A stretch of 64,000 bases of DNA from Schmidtea polychroa (Eukaryota): contig CM097885.1 of the NCBI GenBank assembly GCA_044892525.1, positions 126,542,001 to 126,606,000 of the forward strand, given 5' to 3'. The translations under genes were made by a program, and so were the position numbers. Below, in pieces: positions 29,756-42,749 of this stretch; the stretch's first letter is position 1, and each line of letters begins with the position of its first letter. The notes beneath the pieces were generated by a model, which worked only from the letters and a program-made list of their open reading frames with translations, had not been told where the DNA came from and did no database searches.

Positions 29756-32348
29756 ATTGTTGAGGTTTTAAAAGTAAATTATATTAAATCGAATAGGTCC
29801 GAATAAAGGGAAAACCGAAATGGAATGGCGGTCAAGCACAGGAGTAATGGCAAAGAAAGATATGATAAAAACGGAACTATAAAAGGATACAATCAGACTC
29901 GTAATGGAAAAATGCGCAAACCTGAGGAAGTGGAATAAAGTGAAAAGTTATCGAAATTGAAGCTGGAAAACGGGAGAGGGGTAGATTAAAGACAGTGAAC
30001 AAGAAATTGTTAGAAAGTGTTTAGAAAGGGTCGTAAAACAGGCAAATAATAAAACACAAAATATTAATTAATTAATTGGCTAATGGGAAACCCGAGCGAT
30101 GAAGAAACCGCGAGCGCGGAAATTTGGAAGAATAAACAAATGGGGAATTCAGAGAGCAATTATCCAAACAGCCGGATAAACGAGGGTAAACAAAAGAAGG
30201 GGAATTACGAAGAGGGTCAACAGAAATAGCTAATTGGAGAATGATAACTAAGGAAGTCAAAACCAATTAGGTCAAAAATAGGGCAATTACAACGATTATG
30301 GGAGTATATAAAGAAACTCCAAATTCACATAATGGGCAATAGCCTTAGGTAGGGAAACAAATATACGTTGGGAGTTTGTGTTTATTAATTTTTGGAACAC
30401 GTGGAGTCAGAGTAACCAACGGTCGACTTTTTAGTATTATAAAACCCAACAATATGTTCACAGAAGGCTACGGTACGATTGGGGTAATTCTTAAGAATTT
30501 ATAATAGACGGTGATCATTGTAAGGGGCTCGGACTGTAGGGTGTTCTTCATTCCATTGCCTCGTGTAAACTAATCCCTTGTACCATGCAACGAGAAAGCC
30601 TCAAGTGGATAAAGTTGCCAAATGATGATAACCATTTGGACGAACAATTCATTAGGAATCTAGTGGTGTATGTACGAGGCCCTTGCGCCATGCTACGAGA
30701 TAGTTTATGGTGAATAAAGTCACCAAATTATGATAAGATAACGTTCCTGAAGTTTTTAAATGGATTGACCCGTGCGGGTAGAAAACCTAGTAGACCGACC
30801 GGTCGACCAGGCGGAGGAAACCGCATGTACGACACCTCTAGAACATTCCCGTTTTAGTGAGTGGTAGATTAAACTCAACACGAATTTCACAATTTTTAGA
30901 AGTTAGGATAAGGAAAATCTGTCTCACGGGAAATAGTAAGGCAAACCACTTTTCGACTTTTCTAGTGTCAGAGTGACGATGAATCAAGACATTACAGCCA
31001 GCACAATGATTTAGGAGATACCATTTTTGGTTGAAAAGACTACATTTAGATAATTCAAGAGAAATTCGTAATTTTCATAAATAGATATAAATGATTATTA
31101 TAGGCAACTAATAGGAAAACTACATACTATGAAATACAGATATAAGTGATTATGATAGATGCATTACACAAATAGCCAAGCTTATTCAGCAGGATAAAAA
31201 TTGATTTAGAAAAATTAAAAAATCGACATAACCTTTTTTTTGCGTAGTAACGGGATTATTATTAGACATGTAAGTTATAGACAATTTACAGGTCCGGGAA
31301 GTGACAATAATTTAGAAAATCTAGTAACAAACACAAAGTTACTATGTGCCGCACTATGGAAGTTAGATATCATCCCCAGTTACCATCTATTCGAAGACTC
31401 AAACTCTGTCGACACCGCTTCAGTACCGTGACCTCTCTTAACACAGCCGATTTCTCTAAATCAGGATAGGTAACTCTCCCTAGAACGCCAACATCTTCTT
31501 CTTGTTTTATTTTTGTGTTTTGTCATTTTGGTGTTCTTTTAATAGTATTTACTTAATGTTTTAAGTTTGGGACTGTGTGCTATTTTCTGACGCATTCCGA
31601 TCATGTTAACTGCTACATAGGTCTAAATCCAGTTTTTGCTTAACAATATAAAATATGAGAGAGGAAATCGACCGAGTCAATTTCAGGCATTCCAGAGTTA
31701 TTGTTATGGATCCTCGAATGGTTTATCAAATATAAGTATTTCAAGACGACTGTTACAACCTATTTCTTTTAATTTCTAAAGTGACACATTTTCCGTGCAA
31801 ATTATAGAACTACTTTGCAAATTATATTTACTATTTAAATATCAAAAACATATATTTACTGATTTATAATCTTCATGCTCTTTTTTAATAAATACAATGA
31901 AAAAGAAATTGGTGGAATAAGTTCTTATAATATTTAAATTATCACCAAGTTTTATTTTAAAATTACCTTTGGATTCTGTTAATAAATACTATTAGTATCA
32001 CTTGACAAACTTAATATTTTTTCGCTGAAAAACTTAATTTTGTAAAATATTTTGAAATTGCGGAAACTCATAATCCGTGATGTACTAACTGTAATTTATT
32101 AATATTTATTAATATAAATTAATTTCCTTATTTTTATTGCTTCCAAAGTCATTCTAATGCTGAAAGTATTAACTTTCCAACAAAATAACAACTAAATTTG
32201 GCAAAATGTTTTCATCAAATTTCAAAAAACTTTATTAACAAGACAACACAAATATAATAAACGACCTGAAATTCTAAATTACTGCCACTTAGCCTTGAGT
32301 ATAGAACTTTTAAAATGATAAATAACAAAAATATCAATAGTGAAAAAT

Positions 32349-34460
32349 CTAAAAACAAGTATTTTCTAGGGTAAGAGCCAGTCTATCTATGCAATCGAAT
32401 TGCCAGCTCCAAGCAACGTTATACAAATAAGGCCGCAAATCAAATCTATTATCATCACAATTATACGATTCCATATGATATGATGGAGTGATAACCGTCA
32501 TCTTGTGACGGTTTCTCGAATAACAAATGAAAAAATGCTTAACTTTCTCGGCGATTTCACAAGGAGTCAGTTGTTTATCTTTCCAAATTTCCAGCAGTTT
32601 AATAAACATTCCAAATGGACCGCAACATTTCACTTTTCGTAGCTTTCCATACTCAGACAATTCTGAATATGTCATTCCCATGTCAACTTCATCAAGTTGA
32701 CACACTTTCCCGTCTTGCAACGGCTCCAATTCAGCTGTCGGAGGCGCCGCAAGAATGCTTGCCAAACTCGCTAATTTAAATTCCTTGATCGAATACGAGA
32801 TGAACATTTTCAAATCTGTTTTACAAATCGAGCCAATTGGATTCAAGTCTGCACTGCTACAGTCGTACTTGGTCAAATAACCCCTTAAACATTCATCGAG
32901 GTTACCCGATGCCAGCACCAAAAGGCCGCCCGATCGATTTTTCGACCACAAATACAATTGACTCAATAAATACGCCAACACCATTCGGATTCTTGCTTGT
33001 ACATTTTGCAACGCCAAATTCTCGGAATTCGAGCCGCCGTTTGCTTTATAATTCAATTTTGTTCCGAAACAACACAACACGACCGCAATGAAGGCTGACA
33101 CGATCTGATCGATTCCGACATCGATGTGGTTGGAGTTTATGTCGGCCGACAAGCATTTCGCTCGGGTTTTCGTTTCCTGGGAACTGTTTTCTGAGCCCAT
33201 GTAACATGTGACGAGGATTCTTGAGCACAACTCTTTCTCATTGGTCGGAATGTAATTCGGATCATCGACAACTTGTCGAATATCCGAGAGAGTTCTTACG
33301 TTGCCGAGCTTGATCGATTTGACGATTTCAATGCACATTGAGTACACGATGCAAGCAACACTAGAACTGTCCAGTCCGCCACTTAACGGAAGAAAGAATC
33401 CATTCAATTTTGATCGGCGCAAATTATCCCATAGCCATAACGCGGGCGCTAAACTGATTTCTTTTTCCGGAGGAATTATTATCGGATTAATTGGACGAGA
33501 TATTTGCAGTTTCAAATTGTTGTAAGAAAACTGAGTTGTCAGTGAGAAATCGATGGGAATTCGATGAATCTGATTGCATCCATGAAAGTTGATGCTAGAG
33601 TTTGAGCTGCAATTCCTATAAGTGCGGACTTCTTCCAAATCAATGGTCGCTGCTAACACTTCGACGTCTTGTAAGCTAAATTGTTCACTCTGGCCGACAA
33701 TTTCCCCATTTACAGCTATCAGTGCTCCTCCGTCGTAATAAATTCGTTCTCCGTCACATCCGCGTAAATTTGTGTACACATAAACCCCACCAATCTTTTT
33801 GCATGCAGACTGGATTAAATTCAATCTTCTATCCAATTTCCTCAAAATATGGTTACTGCCGTTTCCATTGAAAATAATTTCCGCTCCATTTAAATAATAA
33901 TCAATATTCGGAGCGTTTTGTGCCCATAACTCCTCACAAGTCTCAATTGCAATGCACGTATCATTTAAGCACAATAATGCATCCCCAAATGGAACTTGTT
34001 TCTGTCCTGTGATTTCTTGAATAAAATCCGGTAATAAATAGTTGTCAATAGCGTATTTTTGCTGCCAAGGAGTAAACCAACGGCTCTCGCGAAACACTTC
34101 TTTGTTTGCAAGGACTTGTTTCGGTCGAATTAGAATAATTTTTCCGTTTAGCAGAATTATTCGACAATTGTAAACCACGCCTCTGTGACCAATCGGCATT
34201 CCGATATCCAGAATAATATCGCGACAATCTTCATTTTCTATAATTGTTTTCATGACTTCCCATGAATGTAACAATGTGTCGGATTCATAGAAATGATCAC
34301 CACATCCATATCCAGTGACTTCTAATTCTGGACCAGCACGATATTTTGCATTCTGTAGCTTTGCCAATCGAATACTATCAATTATGTTTTTACAATTGCC
34401 CTTAAAATCTAAAGCCCATTGATTTAAAACAGAAGTAGCAAATGTGCAAACACTTTTCAT
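32349..34460 (-). CDS. NADSYN1: Glutamine-dependent NAD(+) synthetase, intronless
   Basis: N-terminal nitrilase-type glutaminase (GPELE, RPK, ETCEELW) fused to a synthetase domain (LSGGLDSS, QNVQARIRM, YDCSSADLNPIG); 703 aa. Confidence 0.96.
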   Translation of the reverse strand: MKSVCTFATSVLNQWALDFKGNCKNIIDSIRLAKLQNAKYRAGPELEVTGYGCGDHFYESDTLLHSWEVMKTIIENEDCRDIILDIGMPIGHRGVVYNCRIILLNGKIILIRPKQVLANKEVFRESRWFTPWQQKYAIDNYLLPDFIQEITGQKQVPFGDALLCLNDTCIAIETCEELWAQNAPNIDYYLNGAEIIFNGNGSNHILRKLDRRLNLIQSACKKIGGVYVYTNLRGCDGERIYYDGGALIAVNGEIVGQSEQFSLQDVEVLAATIDLEEVRTYRNCSSNSSINFHGCNQIHRIPIDFSLTTQFSYNNLKLQISRPINPIIIPPEKEISLAPALWLWDNLRRSKLNGFFLPLSGGLDSSSVACIVYSMCIEIVKSIKLGNVRTLSDIRQVVDDPNYIPTNEKELCSRILVTCYMGSENSSQETKTRAKCLSADINSNHIDVGIDQIVSAFIAVVLCCFGTKLNYKANGGSNSENLALQNVQARIRMVLAYLLSQLYLWSKNRSGGLLVLASGNLDECLRGYLTKYDCSSADLNPIGSICKTDLKMFISYSIKEFKLASLASILAAPPTAELEPLQDGKVCQLDEVDMGMTYSELSEYGKLRKVKCCGPFGMFIKLLEIWKDKQLTPCEIAEKVKHFFICYSRNRHKMTVITPSYHMESYNCDDNRFDLRPYLYNVAWSWQFDCIDRLALTLENTCF

Positions 34461-35188
34461 CTAAAACTAAAAGTGATATATACTTAATAAATGTAAAATT
34501 CAGGACTTTAAAAAAAATTATTGAATCATATATAGAAATAAAAATTTTAAGTTTATTTGAAAATGAACAGTAATGTCCGCATTAATGCTTATATAAGAAA
34601 AAAAAATTAATTTAATTTGTAGTATTTATGGTTTGTTTTATTGTGATAAATAATAGAAAATTTTACTAAATTTACAAATAACAAAATATAAATTTTAATT
34701 AAAATTTTAAATTAATTTAAAAATAAATATTGAAATACTTCTATAAAACAAATTATTTTTCAATGTAACTTAAATGGAGAAAAATAAAATATATTACTCG
34801 AATTTATTCTAACTTATAACACAAAACATAGGATATTCAAAATATTAAATTTTTGCAAATTCAAATCAAAAATACAATCTAAAAATAAAGAATTTGACGA
34901 GAATCCCGAGAAAATTCAAGAACTGCAAGTAACTGTGTCGAAAAGCTTGAAATGTGAATTTGAATTCAAATTCAAATTTAAATTTTGTGAAAATGACATT
35001 AGAAAATATCTAACAAGAAGGACTAGAATTACATGAACAATTTAAGAAAGAGATAGATAATAAACAATGACGTAAGACCTTATATCGGCAGTCCAGAACC
35101 CGAAAATGAAAATACAATTAGGAGGATTTTCAATCATGGTGTACAGCACCAACATGGTTATCACCATGGGTACACAGATGGTGTAAAG

Positions 35189-35812
35189 CAGAGCTCCGCA
35201 ACCGGTGTGCCGCGGCGCAATGTATACCCGAGAAAAAATATAAGGTTTATGACGTGCGTTATGCTTATATCTATCTTGTTTACAAATAATTGCGTTGTTG
35301 ACAAAATATTCGGTCAATAAACATGGTTTAAAAAAATTACATTTCAGGTTGTTCACATTTAAATTTATTGTCTTATATTGTGCTACCAAGTTTTACAGCC
35401 TGAACAATAAATACAATAAATCCGAAAAGGCTATTGAAGTTCTGCTCCCATTTTTAACCACGTACATATGTGAAGAAATTTTTTCAACTCTAGTTTTAAT
35501 AAAAAATGATAAGCGGTCGTGCTTGAAGGGCCTTGACCAAGAACTTCGAGTTGCTCTTTCAAATATTGAGCCCAATATAAAACTATTATGTTCCTTAAAA
35601 CAATCTCATTAGTGATTGTTCATATTAGTTATAGTTATAAATAAAAAATAGTTGTTAACGGCGATAATAAATTTATCAAATAAAAAAAATTACATTTTCT
35701 GTTTGTGCATTTCTTATCACGTAAATTTTTGAAAATTTTTGTTTGTGGTGTGCCGCGAAATTTTTTTAAGTCTTAAGGTGTGCCACGGGTGAGAAAAGGT
35801 TGCGGAGCTCTG
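35189..35812 (+). mobile_element. Non-autonomous hAT (Buster/Charlie-type) element
   Basis: 15-bp TIR CAGAGCTCCGCAACC; 8-bp TSD GTGTAAAG (nnnTAnnn); internal transposase C-terminus LLPFLTTYICEEIFSTLVLIKNDKRSCL. Confidence 0.92.
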
Positions 35813-36592
35813 GTGTAAAGTACAATAATCATGAAAGAGTTTAGGAAGGAGTCACTTCGAAATCCATTAGTACCTCTAACAAATTTAAAAAATTACACCC
35901 CTAAGCGCGAAAGATCTTCCCCACACGTAACCCAACACTTTGAAGGGTGTATAAATTTACTTAAAACCTCAACCTTTTTGTTAACGCTTCCCAATAACAG
36001 AGAGTAGTTCGAAATCATGAGGCAAGAAACTGTTATCACTAGAATGTATTAGTCAACAAAAAGCTAAACATTAAATTTTTAATTAAGAAACTTTTATTAG
36101 TTATAGTTTATAGTAATTAAAGGAAATATTTTTAATTTATTAACTATTTTTTACATAATAATTTATTAAGATTTTTAATTTTTTAACTGAAAAAAATTTG
36201 TTTAAATATGAATTTATTAACATTTCTTATTATATCACTAAACGAGTTTTTGCATTTGTGATGTTTTAAAAATAAATAATAAAAATCATACATTTTTAAT
36301 ATAAGTATGTTATTAGTTTATTTTTCAACTTCATTGAATTCAAACATGAAAAACTAAAAAATATTTATGAGTTATATTTATTACACTTTGAAATATATAA
36401 ATACTACAAAGTCACTAATTTTATAATTTAATCATTAAATATATTAAAAAAAATTCCTAGACATTTTAAAATATCTGTAATTAAAATCATGATAAAATTT
36501 TACGGAAATTAATTAAAATTTAAAAAATAAAATAAATATTGTTTAAATATTACCCAATAAAGCACATTAAAGTTAAATTAATTTTAAAAATC

Positions 36593-37771
36593 ATGGCACC
36601 GACTGAAAACATTCGCAAAATTAGTTAGTATATTTGTTTAAAGTCTTTCAAATTATTTTGGATTTTTCAGAGCAGTTCAATCAACTGAATCATAAAAATT
36701 TGTTGATTTTAAAGTCTAAAATCCCCAACGTAATAAACGATGACAATCTTAAAGCAATTATCAAGAAATATGAAAATTGCCAAACTCATGAAATCGCCGA
36801 AAAATTACAACATTTGGAGGGTCTTCAACCAGTCACAATTCATAGGATTCGAGATTATATTAATAGGAAAAATCGAAAATGCAAAACATCATCAGACAAT
36901 AATAGTCTCACGTCTGATTATTCTACGCCACATTCAAATTCATCCAATACCAGTTGTGGTAATTATTAATAATTATAAAACATTCAATTTAATATTTGAA
37001 TGTAGCCGCTGAATATCAAGAATTAAAGAAAAAAATAGCTAATTATTGGGGTTATACACATTTTCAAAAAACTTTCTGTCAAATTTTATCAAATCACGAT
37101 GAATTGCACTTAATTTCAAAGTCTTCAATTGAAATTAATTTCCAAACTTTGAAACGTAGTTGCCGTAATGATATAATTAATCTCATAAGTACGGTTAAGT
37201 TAAATAATTTCTAAAACTTATTTTCTAAATCTAGACAACTTTTCACCAAAACTCTCTCAACCAGATCGTACAAATGAATTAATAGAGTTGTCTAAGAAGA
37301 TTAACCTTATTTGGTCTTCTGAAAGCAACATGAAGCACGTGTATAGTTTACTTAAAAATGATAAGTCTGTCTCTATTGATAAAAATGGTTGCTTTACTTT
37401 TGATCTCGTTTCATTATCCAACGAAACAATATCTGAATTGACCCAACTAGTTGATTTTTTTGTATCTAAAATACCACAGGGTAAGTCTGTTGTCGGTAAA
37501 TATGATTATTAATAATATGTAAATAGCGGATAAAACAAGTCAAATAGTGTCAAGTGAAACTGAACCGACTTCATTTGATATTTCGCGTCTTCATGAATTG
37601 ACGAATAGAATCAAAAAGTTGATGCACGATGGCAACAACGTTAAGAAATTGTGGGAAATCATTTCAAAATATGAAGTGATTGACAGCGCATTGAATCAGC
37701 CAAAATTAAATCTAAAGAAATTGAGCAACACGACTTTATTCCAACTTGAGAAATATATAAATTCATTGTGA
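36593..37771 (+). CDS. Five-exon gene encoding four tandem ET/AHD-like domains
   Basis: Exons 36593-36623, 36671-36958, 37006-37188, 37235-37480, 37548-37771 join in frame through GT-AG phase-1 introns; motifs SIEINFQTLK, FTFDLVSLSNETISEL and LNLKKLSNTTLFQLEKYI resemble the BET ET and AF9/ENL AHD domains. Confidence 0.7.
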
Positions 37772-38804
37772 ATATGAATTTCTCGTGTTGTTTTTGATTC
37801 GAAATTATAATTTATAATAATCCAATCAAATTGATTTGACAAATTATTTTGAATGAAGCGTGATTTTTCATTTGTTTAAATGAGTATTTCAAATTAATAA
37901 AAATAAAACGTGATTTGTATTCCGGAATTTCTCGAGGTTTCTTAGTTTGCATCTCATAAAAAATAGGATATATTTAATTAATCCTTTCGACACAGTTAAA
38001 ATAATGAACAAGCACATAAAACTAAGGGTGATAAATAATGAACATAGTTAAAACATTGCTATTGATGATTACAAAGATTTATATTTTAGTTGATTAGGGG
38101 CAAATTAGTTCATTAAAAAAACTAATTCTGGCGTAACTCGATACAAGCTGTTAAAACTCGACTTGTTTTTCTGTCAGTTTCAGCAATAAATTTCGCGCCA
38201 TTCTGACAAGACAAATTTTACATAAATTCGATTTATTGAACTTAACTAGCACTTTATTAGGATTTATTTGACACTTGGTTGATTAGTCGATCTTTGTGAT
38301 ATTATTATCTAATATTATTTTCATTATCATGTTTCATATTTATTTTTGAGAATCGACTTTCTCTGATCAGGATCAATAATACTGGAAATACACAAGGATG
38401 ATTTTATTTCTTGTTTGAATTAGTACATTTTTTAGCGTATCCTGCTTTGGTGGACTACGCCTTAAAAGTCTGGATGTTTAAATTTCTAGGTTTTTAAAGA
38501 GGTTGTATTTCTCTATTGATGATGTGGATGGGCACTAATTTCTCTATGTATGTCTTGGATGTGCTTGGTTTTTTAATATTTACGGTTCTTTCGATATATG
38601 AACATTTTGCAACAAGAAAACATAATCTTGATTTCGAATGGATCCGAAACGGGGCACGTGGCCTATATGACTAAGATTGTAATCTAATAATAAATTATGT
38701 TATTTCAATGTTTTTGTTATTTTATTTTAATCCAAAATTATATATCTAGTTTCATAGTCAACAACTTTTAATGTTATTTTTTAGAAACCATGTCATCTGC
38801 GCGG

Positions 38805-39044
38805 ACGTCAATTGCGCGGGTCCAACTGCGCGGACGTCAATTATTATTATTATTATTAATGTTATTAATATTATTATTATTATTATTATTATTAGTATTA
38901 ATCTATATACTCCGAGTCTATCCGACAAAATATTTTGTCCCCCTATGGGTAATGCTCACAAGGGTACTGCTCATGCTCAACAACTAACAAGGGTATTATT
39001 AAACAATTGACTACCCGCGCAATTGCTTACCGCGCAATTGACGT
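38805..39044. mobile_element. MITE-like element with 15-bp inverted repeats and an internal (ATT)n tract
   Basis: ACGTCAATTGCGCGG / CCGCGCAATTGACGT with extra subterminal copies; TSD not resolved. Confidence 0.5.
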
Positions 39045-41262
39045 GCTACGATTTTTTATTATATAAAATATTTTTGTTAAAATAATAATTTTAGTTTTAG
39101 TAACAGTATCTAGACAACAAAATTGTATAATTAAAATTGAATAAAACCCAAATGAAATCGAAAAAATGCATAATTAAATATGAGAATGTTGGGCTGAGGT
39201 CAGGCGTAAAATGGAGTAAATCAGATTTAGGAGAACTGGATCTAAATTAATGCTATATATAACAAGCAATCATTTAAAACTACACAATATACATTTCTAG
39301 AAGCAAAATAACAAACCGCTGTCAAGAAGTCTGAAACTCAATAAATTTGACCAATTGTTGGGCAGAAACGGGCAGAAACCTTGTTGTTTATCCGGCGCAG
39401 CAACACAAATAATAATAAGAATAATAAAATTTATTATAATGACTTACCATATCGACATGGAACTCCAGTTTCGATTCTGAAGTTAGAATGCATAATCTAA
39501 ACCAACAATCAAGAAGAAGTATATGAAACAAATCGTTCGAAACTTTTGAAAACTTCGTACAAGGAAATATATCAACAATCGATCTAATACCGATGTAGTA
39601 AATTAATAAATATTCTCTAATCAAATGTTCAATATTTTTTTTCGAATTTCTCATGTATTTTCTTTTATTATCTTCCTGGAATGATATGAATGAAATCTTT
39701 AAATTTTTTGGTAGATAATATGATTCTGTATGATCTCAGCATGATGATATGACCAATGACTTCGACTTATATGATTGGAATCATTGATATTTCAATTGTG
39801 TTCTGTTAGAAATTTGAGTCTAGAATATTTTAAATGCTCGTTTCCCATGGCCCACATTAGGGGAACGAGCTCTTAGTGTCCTATATTATAAGAGTGTAGT
39901 TTACAATTTATTTTACATATGTTTTTGATTTTACATATAGGTCATTTATATTACAGAAAATGAATATTGTTAAAAAAATATTGTTTACCACAGACGGTCT
40001 ACTGTAGTGCGATAAATCCTCAGTGTTGTTTATTCAGACCTTGGAACTACAAGAAAACCAAAAGCTACTTACATATAATTTAACGGTTGTGGTATTCCGC
40101 GACACTGGACTTATCTGTTGCCAGCATCGCATGGAGCTACCCAGGCCTATCCCATGTATATAACGTCAGTTACTAGTCGTCATCCACACGGGTCACAGGA
40201 AGTATACCGATAAACCTCGCAGTAAAACCGCTCTGGTAAACGGAATAGTACAACTGCCACTTCCTTCCACTACTTCATCATTTTATTTTTTTGGTCGAAA
40301 AAATGTTATAAATTCATTGGGGAAATTGAGTTCGTTTTTTGAAAAAAAAGATCAAAAGACAAAACCTTTCCAAAAATTCATTAATTAAACGAATAGTACA
40401 AATATGAAAATTTACTTACTAGTTGCTTCAATTTCAAAAACTGGCATTCAGTTTTAAACATAAGTTGGTATAAGTTAAGTTCAGTTTGACTGATTTGTGA
40501 CTGCAAATGCGTTGGGTTATATACCTTAATTTTAGTGTGCGAGTATGTGTGCGTACAATTATTTTTATTCTACTTAATTTTGAATTTCAACTTTGATAGC
40601 TATTTTTCGCAATTATATTATTTATTTTGTTTTCTAATTTTTATATTTTATTTATTTTTAATTAAATTTTCCGCTATGATGGATATTGATGGTTTCTAAA
40701 ATATTCCATGTTGTTTTAGCGATTTTAATATATAATTCTCATTTCTTTTAATTCTTTCGTAATTCTTTGGTAAATTACTTCGCTAGTTTTACGGAATATT
40801 ATAGTGTTTCTATTTATTCCTGTTGTAATTTTTATTCCTAATTTATATTTTGATGTTTTTTTGTGGAAATCTTTCTAATTTCCATTCATATTTCTCCTTA
40901 TCTTCATTAATTCAAATTTAGTTACTTCTGTTATGTATCTATGTTTTTTTGAGTTGATTTCATGCAATACTTCTCGCTTTTGTTTCATTTTATTTTACTT
41001 TTGGGTTTACTATTTGGGTGTTAAGTGAATTCGGTTTAATAGTTTAGATGATGTTCGAACGTATTTTAGTTTGACTCGACTTGATGTAATGTTTGTGTGG
41101 TATGTGCCAACGCTTTCAGTCACGATTCAATCCCTTTGGCTCAAAATCTGTTCTAGCTAAACAATGTGAACGAAAGGCTAAAATTGGTGGCTATGTGCTG
41201 GTCACAATATCAAAATTATCATACAAAATATATTATTTAAAAAAAATTAAATATTATATTAA

Positions 41263-41795
41263 CCTTTTGACCACTGTCGGGACATATATGTCTCAGTCAA
41301 ATTTAAAAAAAATATAGATGCCTTATTCTCTGTGCTATTACAACCAACGCTTGTCCCGCTCGTGTTTATAGTATTTTCGACTAGTTTCGTCTATACTCGT
41401 TAATATACGTTCTGCCAGCTAGCAAACTTAACATTTTATTTCATTCGTTGTCACAGTTTACTTTTGTGAAATAGTGGTTAAAATACCTACATTATTGTTT
41501 ATTTTGGGAAGTATTTATATCAAAAGGTAAGCACATTTATTTTTTTTGTGTAAATGTTTATATTTTTTTTTATAAAACTGCATGCAATAATAGTTTTTGC
41601 CTTACATTTAGTTAGTGGGACATATATGTCTCGTTAGAAAACACTGTTGGGACATATATGTCCCACACTCAAATTTCAAATTTTTACTATAGGAAATATT
41701 TGAAAAAAACATTACATGTTTTAAACAAGCTATATAGCTGATTTCTATCGTTAAAGTTACAGAAATTGCATTTTTTTAAATTCGTCATCAAAGGG
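41263..41795. mobile_element. piggyBac-like MITE
   Basis: TTAA|CCTTTTGA ... TCAAAGGG|TTAG; internal GGGACATATATGTC(C/T) palindromic repeats. Confidence 0.65.
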
Positions 41796-42749
41796 TTAGG
41801 TAATAAACATATTTGTTTATCTATACACTTTCATTTTACTTTTCAAAATTCACAATTCAATTCAAACATGTTTAACAAAATTATCAGAAGTAGTTGCTGG
41901 AGTTGAAAAAAACGAACAATGCTAATCAACAGATGTCATAAATAAATCTTGGGTATCTTATTACAAATAGAAAAGAAAATTATTAAATAATTTGATTGTT
42001 TTAAACAACCATTACAAATCACGATAACGACAAATACGCAGAGTGACAAATTACAACTGCGTGTGTACTAGAAAGAAAGTAGTTATAGAAAAAAATCTAA
42101 TTTAATTTAAAATAAACTACATGAATTAGTCAGCACTCGCATATGTGTGCACTACCAATCTAAATTTTTAAGAATTATGCACACCCTTATTTCATAGATT
42201 GGCAGAGAATCCGTGGGTGAGCATCGCAAAATGGTCTAAGTACACCAAACGCCACTGAGAACCGTTTCCTATAATATAACAAAAAATCAATAATCTTACA
42301 TTTTAGAAACATACATACTTTGATTTCACGTTGATGTTCTCATTTAGAGTGCAGTCAGATACATCCTATACTATAGAAATCTGAAAAGTGGAAGAAAAAT
42401 TAAAAACTGCACACAAACACAACACATACTAAAAAACACATACAAACTTTTGATTCATCGAAATGTACCGCTGAGATACGTTTCTATAATAATTCTATTT
42501 TAGACAATTTTTAGAAAAAAAAGATCGCTGAAAATTTCATAAAGTATATTTTTAATGAAATTTTCAAGAGTAGATGAATTTGGTTCAATGTCTTTTCAAT
42601 CCAGATTTGCTTTCCTGAAAGAAGCTCCTCACATTGAGCTCAGAAAAAAAATAACAAAAATTATTTCATATTCGGCGATTTTTCCCAAATTTTTTAGAAA
42701 AATACATATTTTTGATAATTGATTCATTTAATTATAATTAAAAACATAT

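Larger units (their letters stand above)
1..31493 (-). mobile_element. Giant Ty3/Gypsy (Metaviridae) LTR retroelement with envelope and accessory genes, Burro-like; 3' end runs off the window start
   Basis: Long direct repeats at constant offset 26818; PBS; gag with CCHC knuckles; PR-RT-RH-IN order with Gypsy-type RT motifs (LDLKSGYWQI, MPFGLTNAPASFQR, YIDD); all major ORFs on minus strand. Confidence 0.95.
25659..31493 (-). repeat. 5' LTR, ~5.8 kb
   Basis: Perfect 8-bp terminal inverted repeat TGTTGGCG (25659) / CGCCAACA (31486-31493); PBS 7 nt inside; AT-rich host-like DNA beyond 31493. Confidence 0.85.

Noticed and set aside
1-30677. The 3.86-kb identical repeat as a simple segmental duplication or assembly duplication
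   Set aside because: PBS, inverted termini and the enclosed gag/pol explain it as an LTR pair, although collapse-driven identity cannot be excluded
31494-31520. Purine-rich minus-strand tract next to the 5' LTR that resembles a PPT (tandem element sharing an LTR)
   Set aside because: No retroelement coding sequence follows; the flank is AT-rich host DNA leading to NADSYN1, so chance is likely
38771-39010. ORFs with poly-I and poly-L runs
   Set aside because: Produced by an (ATT)n microsatellite inside a MITE
39990-41140. Possible LINE or other repeat fragments
   Set aside because: No diagnostic motif or boundaries could be established by eye
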